Below are positions 1 to 7,528 of a stretch of DNA of 27,194 nt, in pieces; positions within the stretch are counted from its first letter, which is position 1; each line of letters starts with the position of its first letter. The notes beneath the pieces were generated by a model. That model was not told the DNA's origin, did not search any database, and was given only the letters and a program-made list of their open reading frames with translations. Origin of the DNA: a virus (lineage: Duplodnaviria; Caudoviricetes); IMG/VR virus record IMGVR_UViG_3300014656_002088, positions 1 through 27,194 of that record. The stretch is one strand, 5' to 3'. Made by a program: the position numbers and the translations under genes.

Positions 1-185
1 GTAAGAGTAGTCTCTGCGTCGTCTAATCGAGTACTTAATTTAGTCATCTCTGTCTGACGAATAATATTTAATCGGTTGAATTGTTCTCGATTCATAACCG
101 ATCTTAATAATCTCCATATATCAGAAAGAGATTCTTCAATTTCCGAAAGTCGAGCTTCAGTACTCGCATTAAAACTATCGGTCAT
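1..185 (-). CDS. Hypothetical coiled-coil protein, 3' end beyond window (not in the ORF track)
   Basis: ATG at 185 preceded by GGTAGGA and overlapping the end of the 175..504 gene. It reads MTDSFNASTEARLSEIEESLSDIWRLLRSVMNREQFNRLNIIRQTEMTKLSTRLDDAETTL with no stop up to the window edge, and has a heptad-like pattern. Confidence 0.75.
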   Translation of the reverse strand, partial: MTDSFNASTEARLSEIEESLSDIWRLLRSVMNREQFNRLNIIRQTEMTKLSTRLDDAETTL

Positions 186-504
186 TATCAGTCCTACCTT
201 TAACTATATTCATAGTCTCTTCCATCTTCGTTCTCATCTCCGCTAATTCCTCAGTCGTAATTCCACCTTCACGATTGGTCCATCCGTGATTAACTGCATA
301 TAGAGCCGCTAATGTGCCTAGCACTGAAGTTGCTGCACTAGCTGAAAATTCAGGGATTACCCACCACCCAAAAAAATTAACTCCAACAAATAATGCCTGA
401 AAAGGCCAAAGTATTAAAAGAATAAAGGTGGCTAAAGATAAAAAAATTGCTGTCTTCGAAATTGAGTTATTCTTATAGAAGAAGGTTTTTATTAGACTTT
501 TCAT
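175..504 (-). CDS. Small membrane protein, putative holin
   Basis: 109 aa with two hydrophobic segments (AIFLSLATFILLILWPFQALFVGV; AATSVLGTLAALYAV) and a charged C-terminus. Upstream GGAG. The holin call rests on topology and context only. Confidence 0.5.
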   Translation of the reverse strand: MKSLIKTFFYKNNSISKTAIFLSLATFILLILWPFQALFVGVNFFGWWVIPEFSASAATSVLGTLAALYAVNHGWTNREGGITTEELAEMRTKMEETMNIVKGRTDNDR

Positions 505-506
505 TT

Positions 507-923
507 TTAGTCTCCGTTAAGAATAGCCGTCCGAGCTACTGGAGCCTCTTCAGCCGGAGAAATTTCACAATGAGCAAGAGAGGTCACGGCTCCTCCAAGA
601 ACGGCGAGAAAGGTTACTCCTAAAATAGATCTGATAAACCAGGTATGAAGTCCTACCGTTGTTTTGTTAGCTTCAATTTCTTTTTGAAGACAAGGGACAG
701 AAGTGTTTACCGTTATATCTAATTCTTTTTTCATATCTTGAACGATAGTGGCAACCTCGGCTAGATTTTTCGACGAAGCAATTCTAAATTCTGTTAAATC
801 ACGATGACGTTGATCATCAGCAATAACATATTTATTGATTTGCTCGGATAAGTTTTTAACAATTGCATGCGTTTCGCTTTGGGCGACGCGCAGTTCTGAT
901 ACCTTCTCGTAAAGGTCGCTCAT
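507..923 (-). CDS. Coiled-coil protein with C-terminal transmembrane helix (holin-like/lysis-associated)
   Basis: Long heptad region followed by WFIRSILGVTFLAVLGGAVTSLA. ATG at 923 has GAGGA 5 nt upstream and is preferred over the track's GTG at 935. Confidence 0.5.
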   Translation of the reverse strand: MSDLYEKVSELRVAQSETHAIVKNLSEQINKYVIADDQRHRDLTEFRIASSKNLAEVATIVQDMKKELDITVNTSVPCLQKEIEANKTTVGLHTWFIRSILGVTFLAVLGGAVTSLAHCEISPAEEAPVARTAILNGD

Positions 924-950
924 TATAGTCCTCACGTCCCCTCGAAGAGT

Positions 951-962
951 TTATACTATAAT
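951..962 (-). promoter_or_regulatory. Putative promoter element ATTATAGTATAA upstream of the holin-like genes
   Basis: Lies in the 65-nt gap 936..1000 and is an 11/12 match to 2631..2642. It contains -10-like hexamers (TATAGT, TAGTAT). Confidence 0.4.
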
Positions 963-1000
963 GGTAACAGAGAACAACTAGGCAGGTCTACTTAAATAAA

Positions 1001-1507
1001 TTAAAAATCAGAACGATATCTAACTCTAATTTTTACGGGAACATAACTATCTAGATCTTGAGTTGATTCATAAATAGAAAGAGAAAGTGACTGAGTTTTA
1101 TTTGAATCACCTAATGAAAGATCAACATTATGAAGTTCTAATTTGAATCCAACCATATTAGATCGAGCCTGAAATTCTTCTTTTAGATATTGAGCTTTCT
1201 CAGAAAATGACATTCTAAATCCTTCAGGAGATTCAAGTAGAATTTTATCTTCTGTATGAGGGACCTGCGGGACAACGTCCCAAAGATGAGCTGAAGGTCT
1301 TGTCTTAAAAAGAGACAAAAGCATTCCGTAAAAAGTATCCGGAGACATTCTCTCTAAGGAACCCTCTCCATATTCTGAAAATCCGACTTCACAAATAAGA
1401 TGACTCATGTCTTCATCTTTAAAAGATGAGGAATTCATCGCGATCTGAAGAAGTTCCTGTTGATTCTTAGCCATGCGGCCTCTAGCTGAATTAGCTATAT
1501 GATGCAT
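1001..1507 (-). CDS. Hypothetical protein
   Basis: 168 aa ORF with a strong SD (AAGGAG, 5 nt before ATG), overlapping the upstream gene. No motif recognised. Confidence 0.75.
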   Translation of the reverse strand: MHHIANSARGRMAKNQQELLQIAMNSSSFKDEDMSHLICEVGFSEYGEGSLERMSPDTFYGMLLSLFKTRPSAHLWDVVPQVPHTEDKILLESPEGFRMSFSEKAQYLKEEFQARSNMVGFKLELHNVDLSLGDSNKTQSLSLSIYESTQDLDSYVPVKIRVRYRSDF

Positions 1508-2031
1508 CGTTGCTCCTTTAATTGCCGAGTATACAAATACTTAACTCTTTTTCCCCACTGACCTTCTTCTGCTAGTATATCAAGATCGGTCTTTTTTCTA
1601 TCAAGCTCCTCAAATTCTTGAATACTTTCTGAAATCCATTCTTCGTCAAAGGGTTCAATTGGATGAGTAATTTTCATTGTTATATATTTAGACGTAATAT
1701 ATGGAATCCTCCATGATAACCAATCTACAATTGAAGTAGTTCCTTTAGAAGGATCATGATCTTGGTAAGCCTCTACAATAGCTAATCTAACACAAGCATA
1801 GATATCTTCAATTTCATTTAAGCGAAAAAGTTCTTGCACGGCGAGTCTTTTAATAAATCTCGGAGCGTAACTACTTCCGTAATTAAGAAGATAAAAACAT
1901 ACAACTTGCTGTAAAAAAGGACTACCAGGATATATAACTTTAATCATCCAATGTTCCAAGACAGGCATAAGCTCTTCTATATTTCTTGCCGTTCCAATTA
2001 GAGGTACATAGAATCTAGGAAAGATCTTCAC
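1495..2031 (-). CDS. Divergent sigma-70 region 2-like protein (putative phage sigma factor)
   Basis: EDIYACVRLAIVEAYQDHDPSKGTTSIVDWLSWRIPYITSKYI resembles the sigma-70 region 2 pattern (EDL.Q.....L..A...FDP.KG..FSTYA.W.I). GTG start abuts the upstream stop. Region 4 is not clearly present. Confidence 0.5.
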   Translation of the reverse strand: MKIFPRFYVPLIGTARNIEELMPVLEHWMIKVIYPGSPFLQQVVCFYLLNYGSSYAPRFIKRLAVQELFRLNEIEDIYACVRLAIVEAYQDHDPSKGTTSIVDWLSWRIPYITSKYITMKITHPIEPFDEEWISESIQEFEELDRKKTDLDILAEEGQWGKRVKYLYTRQLKEQRCII

Positions 2032-2622
2032 TTACTTTCCCTCCCAATAATCCTCTTTCACAAGAGACCGATATTCATCTCTCAATGTTTCGATAAAAAT
2101 AACTGGAACTTCAAACTTAGTATAAAAGGCAACTGCATCTTTATTTGTTTTAGAGCAGACTGCTTTTAGCTTTTTAAACTCGGCAGGATAATTTTCTTTT
2201 AAGCGGCGAATCTTAGATCTATCTTCTGATCTTAAATAACCTTTTACTTCATAGAGAATATTATTACCAACATCAAGAAAGTCAGGAATGTAAACCCAGG
2301 GTTTCTTTTTGTACGGCTTCTTCGTCTTGGGATGAATAGTAAAAGTAAAAGATACTCTTTCGAAAGTCCATTCAACTTGAGAAGCCGTTAACCATCGAGC
2401 AAAGTTTCTTTCCCAACCAGATCTGAAATTAACTTCACCAATAGGACCTAGATCTAATGCTGGACCTTTTTTTACGCGCGCAAAATTACTAGACTCTGTA
2501 GCTTGAGTAACTTTCTTCGCCTTCTTACAATGCCAACATTTTTCAATTTCTTTAACAATTGGATCGTGACCGATAATCTTTTGACAGGATTTACATCTCA
2601 CTTGGTTTAATCTTTGAGCCAT
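2032..2622 (-). CDS. T7 endonuclease I-like PD-(D/E)XK nuclease with N-terminal zinc finger (putative Holliday junction resolvase)
   Basis: FRSGWE...WTFE...YIPDF...YEVKG...EDRSK follows the endonuclease I motif order. N-terminal CKSC...CWHC. Confidence 0.75.
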   Translation of the reverse strand: MAQRLNQVRCKSCQKIIGHDPIVKEIEKCWHCKKAKKVTQATESSNFARVKKGPALDLGPIGEVNFRSGWERNFARWLTASQVEWTFERVSFTFTIHPKTKKPYKKKPWVYIPDFLDVGNNILYEVKGYLRSEDRSKIRRLKENYPAEFKKLKAVCSKTNKDAVAFYTKFEVPVIFIETLRDEYRSLVKEDYWEGK

Positions 2623-2630
2623 ATCATATC

Positions 2631-2642
2631 TTATACTAAAAT
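2631..2642 (-). promoter_or_regulatory. Putative promoter element ATTTTAGTATAA
   Basis: Lies in the 21-nt gap between gmd and the nuclease gene, 8 nt before the ATG. Near-identical to 951..962. Confidence 0.4.
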
Positions 2643-2643
2643 T

Positions 2644-5600
2644 TTATTTTAAATCGTGGAGAACCATATTGCTAACTAATTCCTTAAATGTAGTCGTTGG
2701 TTCCCAACCTAATAATCTTTTAGCTTTAGAATAATCACCGATAAGAACGTTTACTTCCGAAGGACGGAAAAATCTAGGATCAACTTCTACGTATTGTTTA
2801 TAGTCTCCTAATCCAGCAATAGAGAATGCCTCTTCACAGAATTCTCGAACTGAATGTGTTTCCCCCGTCGCTAAAACAAAATCATCTGGCTCATGATGAT
2901 TTAAAATTAACTCCATACCCTGAGTAAAATCTGGAGCCCATCCCCAATCACGCCGAGCATCAAGGTTTCCTAAATAAAGTTTATCTTGAACTCCATCTTT
3001 AATAGCTCTAATCCCTAAAGTAATTTTTCTAGTTACAAAATTAGGACCTCGACAAGTCGAATTATGAAGGACCCCTTGACCAATTCCAGCATGGAAAGTT
3101 CCGCTTTCTGTCTCTAAATCAAAAAACCATCCATCGAACGAATCTAAAGAAATAACTTTCTTCACTTCATTGAAAGATCTAGATCGGTGATGATTAATAA
3201 CGCCATGACCACCTCTTTGAATCTTTCTAATAAACGTTCGAGAAATACCAGTTCTTCGAGATATCTCACGCTGAGATATACCAGCTTCGATTAACGGTCT
3301 AATAGATATCTCTTTTTCAACGTTACTAGTTAAAGATAAAAGGTTAATAGAGTAATAATATTGAGTTTTTCTCCATGCATCACTTTTCTCTACAGTTAAA
3401 TTATATCGTTGTCCCGTAACTTTAGATACAAGATATAATAATCCTGCGGCTAATGTCATTGAATTCGTCTTAAAATTTTTATATAAATAAGTACATTTAT
3501 TTTTCTTTAAACCATCGCAAGCATTATATCCATCAAGAAAAGCCTTCATTACTTCTTTGGAGGAATTAAGGATTTTCTTCGGAATTTTCTTTGCTCTATG
3601 ACCAAATGGAGAAATATCTTCACAATAAACATCAAATTTTAAATGATCAACATTTTGGCAACTAACACTTCCTATGAATTCTCCCGTAAATCCAGAGTTA
3701 CTTTTATTAAAAGTAACTTTATTACTTCCTGTGAAAGTACTCCAAAGATAAACGAATCGTTCTTTTAACTTCAAATCTTTATTAGTAAGACGCGGAATTC
3801 CTTGACTTACATTACCATCTCCAACTAACATACCGAGAAATTCAGCTTCTTCTAAAGAAACGGTCGATTTTTCAGATACACAAGGATATTCAATAGTCGC
3901 TACTCGATCTCCAATTTGAATATCAGAAGTCGCCTTTTCACCATTCTCCATAATGCAAACATGACTTCCGGTTCCAGAATAAACTAAGCTTCTAGCATTA
4001 ACGATCTTAGGATCTTTATCTCCTTGATGAGGATAACCAGAAACAAATTTTACTTTTGTCCAACCATTTTGATCCCAAACTTCTAACGGAACAATAGGTG
4101 TTCCTCCTTGAATTCCACTCGTTTGCGACATATCAAAAATGACTCCACTATGAAATCTCGCAATATCACCAATCGGAAGAATATCTACTAAACCATCGGA
4201 TCCTCTAAATATTAAAGGATTACAATAGGTTAGCGTCTCGTGATTGAAAAGTACACCGTTAGAGGCAAACATGCGGTAACTCTCCCTATAATTTCTAGTT
4301 ATCCAATAACCAAAAAGCTTCGCACATCCATAAGGACTCTTTGGATAGAATGGAGTCTCTTCATTAGAAGGAACGTCACTGACTCCTCCTATTAATTCGC
4401 TGGTACTATTACCAGAAATAGCAATCTTGCCGTTACGTATAATTAAGAAATTATGATTATCTTTAATTTCTAAACACCATACCTTACCACTATAATCTTC
4501 TTCGTTACACATATATTTATACAATTTATTTTTAATACCTTCACTTATATTTATATAATAAGAAGGACATGTAGATTTTATTATTCTTATCTTTCCATTT
4601 TCATAAATCTCATTCTTATGATCTGTTACTTTATGTAATGAAGCATATCTTCCACATTGTAAAGCAAGAGCAAGTACTTGAGACGCAAGTTGAGAAGAAG
4701 ACGTAGTAATACAAAAACGTTCCCCGTCTTTCGTCTTTCGAATATGTCCATCAGAATCTACTATTCCTTCTAATAAATAAGAAAGAAGAGACGGGAATTT
4801 ATATACAAAATCCGGTATATGTTTATCATATACCTTCCCACCACTTAATCTCATTACTTTTGATAATGGAAGAGATGAAAAAGTTATAGTTAAGTCTTGT
4901 TCTGTATAAGAGATATTATATTTATCTAATATAGAGATAAGTTTTTCTCTTGCTGGATCTTTCCGTGGTAAAGCAAATAACATCGTACTAGATTTTACTT
5001 TTTTGATTACATCTTTTTTTGTTACTGAAATATACTTCCCAAATTCATCTCTTAATAACTGTTTCTCTTCAAATGTAATAGAACTAGTCCGATAAGCTGA
5101 AGCATGGTAACCATCTCCTATATACAAACCTAAAATATATAATAAGTCTTTAGCCTCTATCTCTGTAACTAGATTCTTATACCTAGAACCACCAATTTTA
5201 CTAATTTCTTCACACTCAACTATATCAAGGATAGATATAATCTCGTGATTTTCATCTAATCCTTTAACATAAGGCAGGCTAAGATTAGATATTCTCTCAT
5301 AATCAAATAAACCTTTAACATTAGACGCATCTATCTTAACGATTTCATCATCATCAGACTTTAATAAAACTTTATGATTAGGCGTTACTAATTGATCAAT
5401 ACGCTTCCCTAAAAGGGAAACCATTTTCCCGTTATAATCATACTCATGTATCTTTGTTATTGACCTTAATTCAATTTGATGAGTCTCTTCATTAAGAGAA
5501 TAGACTAGATCTCCCTCTTTAAGAGAGATATATTCTTTTATTCCATCAGGAGTAACAACCTTCGTTTCGACATCATGACACGCTTGATAAAAACGAGAGT

Positions 5601-5955
5601 GTACATCCGAAAGTCTTACAGCCTCTAATAAATTTAAAACACCTAATCCAGTCACCTGAGCGGTATGAATCGGTTCCTTAAAAGATGTTCCTACATGACT
5701 CATTGCGGCTAAGTTATAAACCTCATGCGGTCTAGCCAGCTTAACAAGCCTACAGAGACTCGATAGATCGGTAAGGTCTCCCTCTACTACTTCGAAGTTA
5801 GGATCGTTCTGAAGGCCTTCTGCACACCGTAGATTAGGTGAATCAGATGAACGTCTAGCTAATCCGAAGACATGGTGACCTTTAGCCAGAAGCCGTCTTG
5901 ATAGAATAGAGCCGTCCATCCCAGTAATGCCAGTGATAACGATATTCTTTTGCAT
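2644..5955 (-). CDS. gmd: GDP-mannose 4,6-dehydratase interrupted by two inteins (1103 aa precursor, about 320 aa spliced)
   Basis: ITGITGMDGS, YNLAAMSHV, FYQA|STSE, PKSPYGCAK (YxxxK), NGVLFNHE|S..RG.NFVTRKIT, LGNLDARRDWG, DDFVLATGETHSVREF and RPSEV are all characteristic GMD motifs. Confidence 0.96.
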   Translation of the reverse strand: MQKNIVITGITGMDGSILSRRLLAKGHHVFGLARRSSDSPNLRCAEGLQNDPNFEVVEGDLTDLSSLCRLVKLARPHEVYNLAAMSHVGTSFKEPIHTAQVTGLGVLNLLEAVRLSDVHSRFYQACHDVETKVVTPDGIKEYISLKEGDLVYSLNEETHQIELRSITKIHEYDYNGKMVSLLGKRIDQLVTPNHKVLLKSDDDEIVKIDASNVKGLFDYERISNLSLPYVKGLDENHEIISILDIVECEEISKIGGSRYKNLVTEIEAKDLLYILGLYIGDGYHASAYRTSSITFEEKQLLRDEFGKYISVTKKDVIKKVKSSTMLFALPRKDPAREKLISILDKYNISYTEQDLTITFSSLPLSKVMRLSGGKVYDKHIPDFVYKFPSLLSYLLEGIVDSDGHIRKTKDGERFCITTSSSQLASQVLALALQCGRYASLHKVTDHKNEIYENGKIRIIKSTCPSYYINISEGIKNKLYKYMCNEEDYSGKVWCLEIKDNHNFLIIRNGKIAISGNSTSELIGGVSDVPSNEETPFYPKSPYGCAKLFGYWITRNYRESYRMFASNGVLFNHETLTYCNPLIFRGSDGLVDILPIGDIARFHSGVIFDMSQTSGIQGGTPIVPLEVWDQNGWTKVKFVSGYPHQGDKDPKIVNARSLVYSGTGSHVCIMENGEKATSDIQIGDRVATIEYPCVSEKSTVSLEEAEFLGMLVGDGNVSQGIPRLTNKDLKLKERFVYLWSTFTGSNKVTFNKSNSGFTGEFIGSVSCQNVDHLKFDVYCEDISPFGHRAKKIPKKILNSSKEVMKAFLDGYNACDGLKKNKCTYLYKNFKTNSMTLAAGLLYLVSKVTGQRYNLTVEKSDAWRKTQYYYSINLLSLTSNVEKEISIRPLIEAGISQREISRRTGISRTFIRKIQRGGHGVINHHRSRSFNEVKKVISLDSFDGWFFDLETESGTFHAGIGQGVLHNSTCRGPNFVTRKITLGIRAIKDGVQDKLYLGNLDARRDWGWAPDFTQGMELILNHHEPDDFVLATGETHSVREFCEEAFSIAGLGDYKQYVEVDPRFFRPSEVNVLIGDYSKAKRLLGWEPTTTFKELVSNMVLHDLK
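3061..4236 (-). mobile_element. Intein 2 in GMD (aa 574-965, 392 aa) with LAGLIDADG endonuclease; starts with Thr
   Basis: Inserted in NHE|S. N-terminus TLTYCNPLIFR, block B TGSH, LAGLIDADG motifs FLGMLVGDG and FLDGYNACDG, C-terminus WFFDLETESGTFHAGIGQGVLHN|S. Confidence 0.92.
4408..5580 (-). mobile_element. Intein 1 in GMD (aa 126-516, 391 aa) with LAGLIDADG endonuclease
   Basis: Inserted in FYQA|STSE. N-terminus CHDVETKVVT, block B VTPNHKV, motifs ILGLYIGDG and LLEGIVDSDG, C-terminus VWCLEIKDNHNFLIIRNGKIAISGN|S. Confidence 0.94.
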
Positions 5956-6002
5956 AAAACCTCTCAGATTAGTTTACTAAAACAGAAGATAAAATTAACA
6001 AT

Positions 6003-6404
6003 CTATAAATATTTAATAACTTTCGCAGGATTTCCGACAACAATCGTTAATGGAGGAACATCTTTAGTTACAACGGCTCCAGCTCCAATAACAGCATGTT
6101 GTCCGATCGTTACTCCAGGACAAATTATCGCTCCTGATCCAATCCACACTCCCTCTTTAATATAAACAGGTTTAATTAAAATACTATCCTGTCTATCCCT
6201 ATTATAAAGAGTGTAATTATGTCCTCCAGTTAAAATCATAGTTCGATGACCAACGAAAACATAATCCTCGATTGTAACTTTTCCGGCACAATCAATAATC
6301 ATTTCCCAACTAAGAACACAATTTTCTCCGATTAAAGGTTCTTGACCACATGACTGATCAAGTTGAAAGAAATTTACATAAGGAAAACGATCTTTAACGG
6401 ACAT
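6003..6404 (-). CDS. Hexapeptide-repeat (left-handed beta-helix) acyltransferase, maltose O-acetyltransferase-like
   Basis: ILTGGH...PVYIKEGVWIGSGAIICPGVTIGQHAVIGAGAVVTKDVPP...GNPAK. ATG at 6404 is preferred over the track's TTG at 6416. Confidence 0.9.
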   Translation of the reverse strand: MSVKDRFPYVNFFQLDQSCGQEPLIGENCVLSWEMIIDCAGKVTIEDYVFVGHRTMILTGGHNYTLYNRDRQDSILIKPVYIKEGVWIGSGAIICPGVTIGQHAVIGAGAVVTKDVPPLTIVVGNPAKVIKYL

Positions 6405-7491
6405 TGAATCTCTCAATTACTTCTGCCACAAACTGAATCTGTTCTTCAGTTAGTTCTGGCGCGATAGGAATAGAAAGACATTCTAAACAAGTTCTCTCTG
6501 TTTCTATAAGAAACTTATCCTTCAAATATGAAAAACAAGACTGTTTATGTAAAGGGATCGGATAATAAACCGCCGAAGAAATATTATTTTCGGATAAAAA
6601 TCTTTGAAGTTGATTTCGATAAGATGGAACTCTTAGAGTAAATTGGTTCCAAACTGAAATCCCTCGCACAACGGTTGGAAGTGAAATAAGAGGATTCTTT
6701 ATTAACTGAAAATAAAGTTCAGCATGTTCTAATCGTCTAAGTTCAGCTTCTTCTAAATACTTTAACTTTATCTCAAGTAACTTTGCTTGTAATGCATCGA
6801 TCCGAAAATTCCCGCCCACCCGATCATGTTTATATTGTTCTTTCATCCCATGATTCCGAATAGAATAAAGCTTTTCTGAAATGATCGGATTATTGGTAAT
6901 AACTAATCCAGCATCACCAAAACCTCCTAAATTTTTAGAAGGAAAGAAAGAAAAACATCCAACATCACCAATGGTTCCAACTTTTTGAGAATCTACAACA
7001 CAACCGATAGCTTGAGCACAATCTTCAATAAGATAGAGATTATATTGTTGGGCAATAGATTTTAAAACGAATAGGTTTGCAGATTGTCCAAATAAATGAA
7101 CCGGAATAATCGCCTTAGTTCTCGAAGTTATAGCAGACTCAACCTTTTTTGGATCAATTGTAAAACAATCTTTTTGAATATCAACAAAAACTGGAATAGC
7201 TCCAACTCGATGAATCGCTCCTGCTGTTGCAAAGAAGGTAAAAGAAGGACAAATGACTTCATCTCCTGGCCCAATCTCTAAAGCGAGAAGAGAGGCGATT
7301 AGAGCATCTGTTCCAGAACTAACTCCTACCGCATACGCAACATTGAAATAACGAGCAAAACTTTCTTCAAAAGAAGAAACTGTTTCTCCTAGAATATATT
7401 GCCCCCCCCGAAGAACTTCCGAGGTTCCCTTAATAAGTTCCTCTATATAGGGGGCGTTACTTAAAGAAGGATTGAGAAGAGGTACTTTCAT
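6394..7491 (-). CDS. DegT/DnrJ/EryC1/StrS PLP-dependent nucleotide-sugar aminotransferase (WbpE/GnnB-like, C3 type)
   Basis: VSSGTDAL, PSFTFFAT, PVHLFGQ, IEDCAQA, SFFPSKNLGGFGDAG (PLP lysine), GGNFRIDALQA, YYPIPLH. Confidence 0.93.
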   Translation of the reverse strand: MKVPLLNPSLSNAPYIEELIKGTSEVLRGGQYILGETVSSFEESFARYFNVAYAVGVSSGTDALIASLLALEIGPGDEVICPSFTFFATAGAIHRVGAIPVFVDIQKDCFTIDPKKVESAITSRTKAIIPVHLFGQSANLFVLKSIAQQYNLYLIEDCAQAIGCVVDSQKVGTIGDVGCFSFFPSKNLGGFGDAGLVITNNPIISEKLYSIRNHGMKEQYKHDRVGGNFRIDALQAKLLEIKLKYLEEAELRRLEHAELYFQLIKNPLISLPTVVRGISVWNQFTLRVPSYRNQLQRFLSENNISSAVYYPIPLHKQSCFSYLKDKFLIETERTCLECLSIPIAPELTEEQIQFVAEVIERFNVR

Positions 7492-7528
7492 ATTGGTCTC
7501 CTAGCCACGATAATACTCTAAATTTACT

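Noticed and set aside
3061-4236. Class 3 assignment for the Thr-starting intein
   Set aside because: Block F position 4 is Asp (FFDLET), not Cys, and the Trp-Cys-Thr signature is not evident.
5950-6165. Plus-strand 71-aa ORF
   Set aside because: Antisense shadow of the hexapeptide acetyltransferase, with no independent motif.
2644-7491. GDP-N-acetylperosamine pathway (GMD + aminotransferase + acetyltransferase)
   Set aside because: Gene order is suggestive, but the PLP motif SFFPSKNLGGFGDAG resembles WbpE/C3-type enzymes rather than perosamine synthase (GNK.ITTGEGG type). Disfavoured, not excluded.
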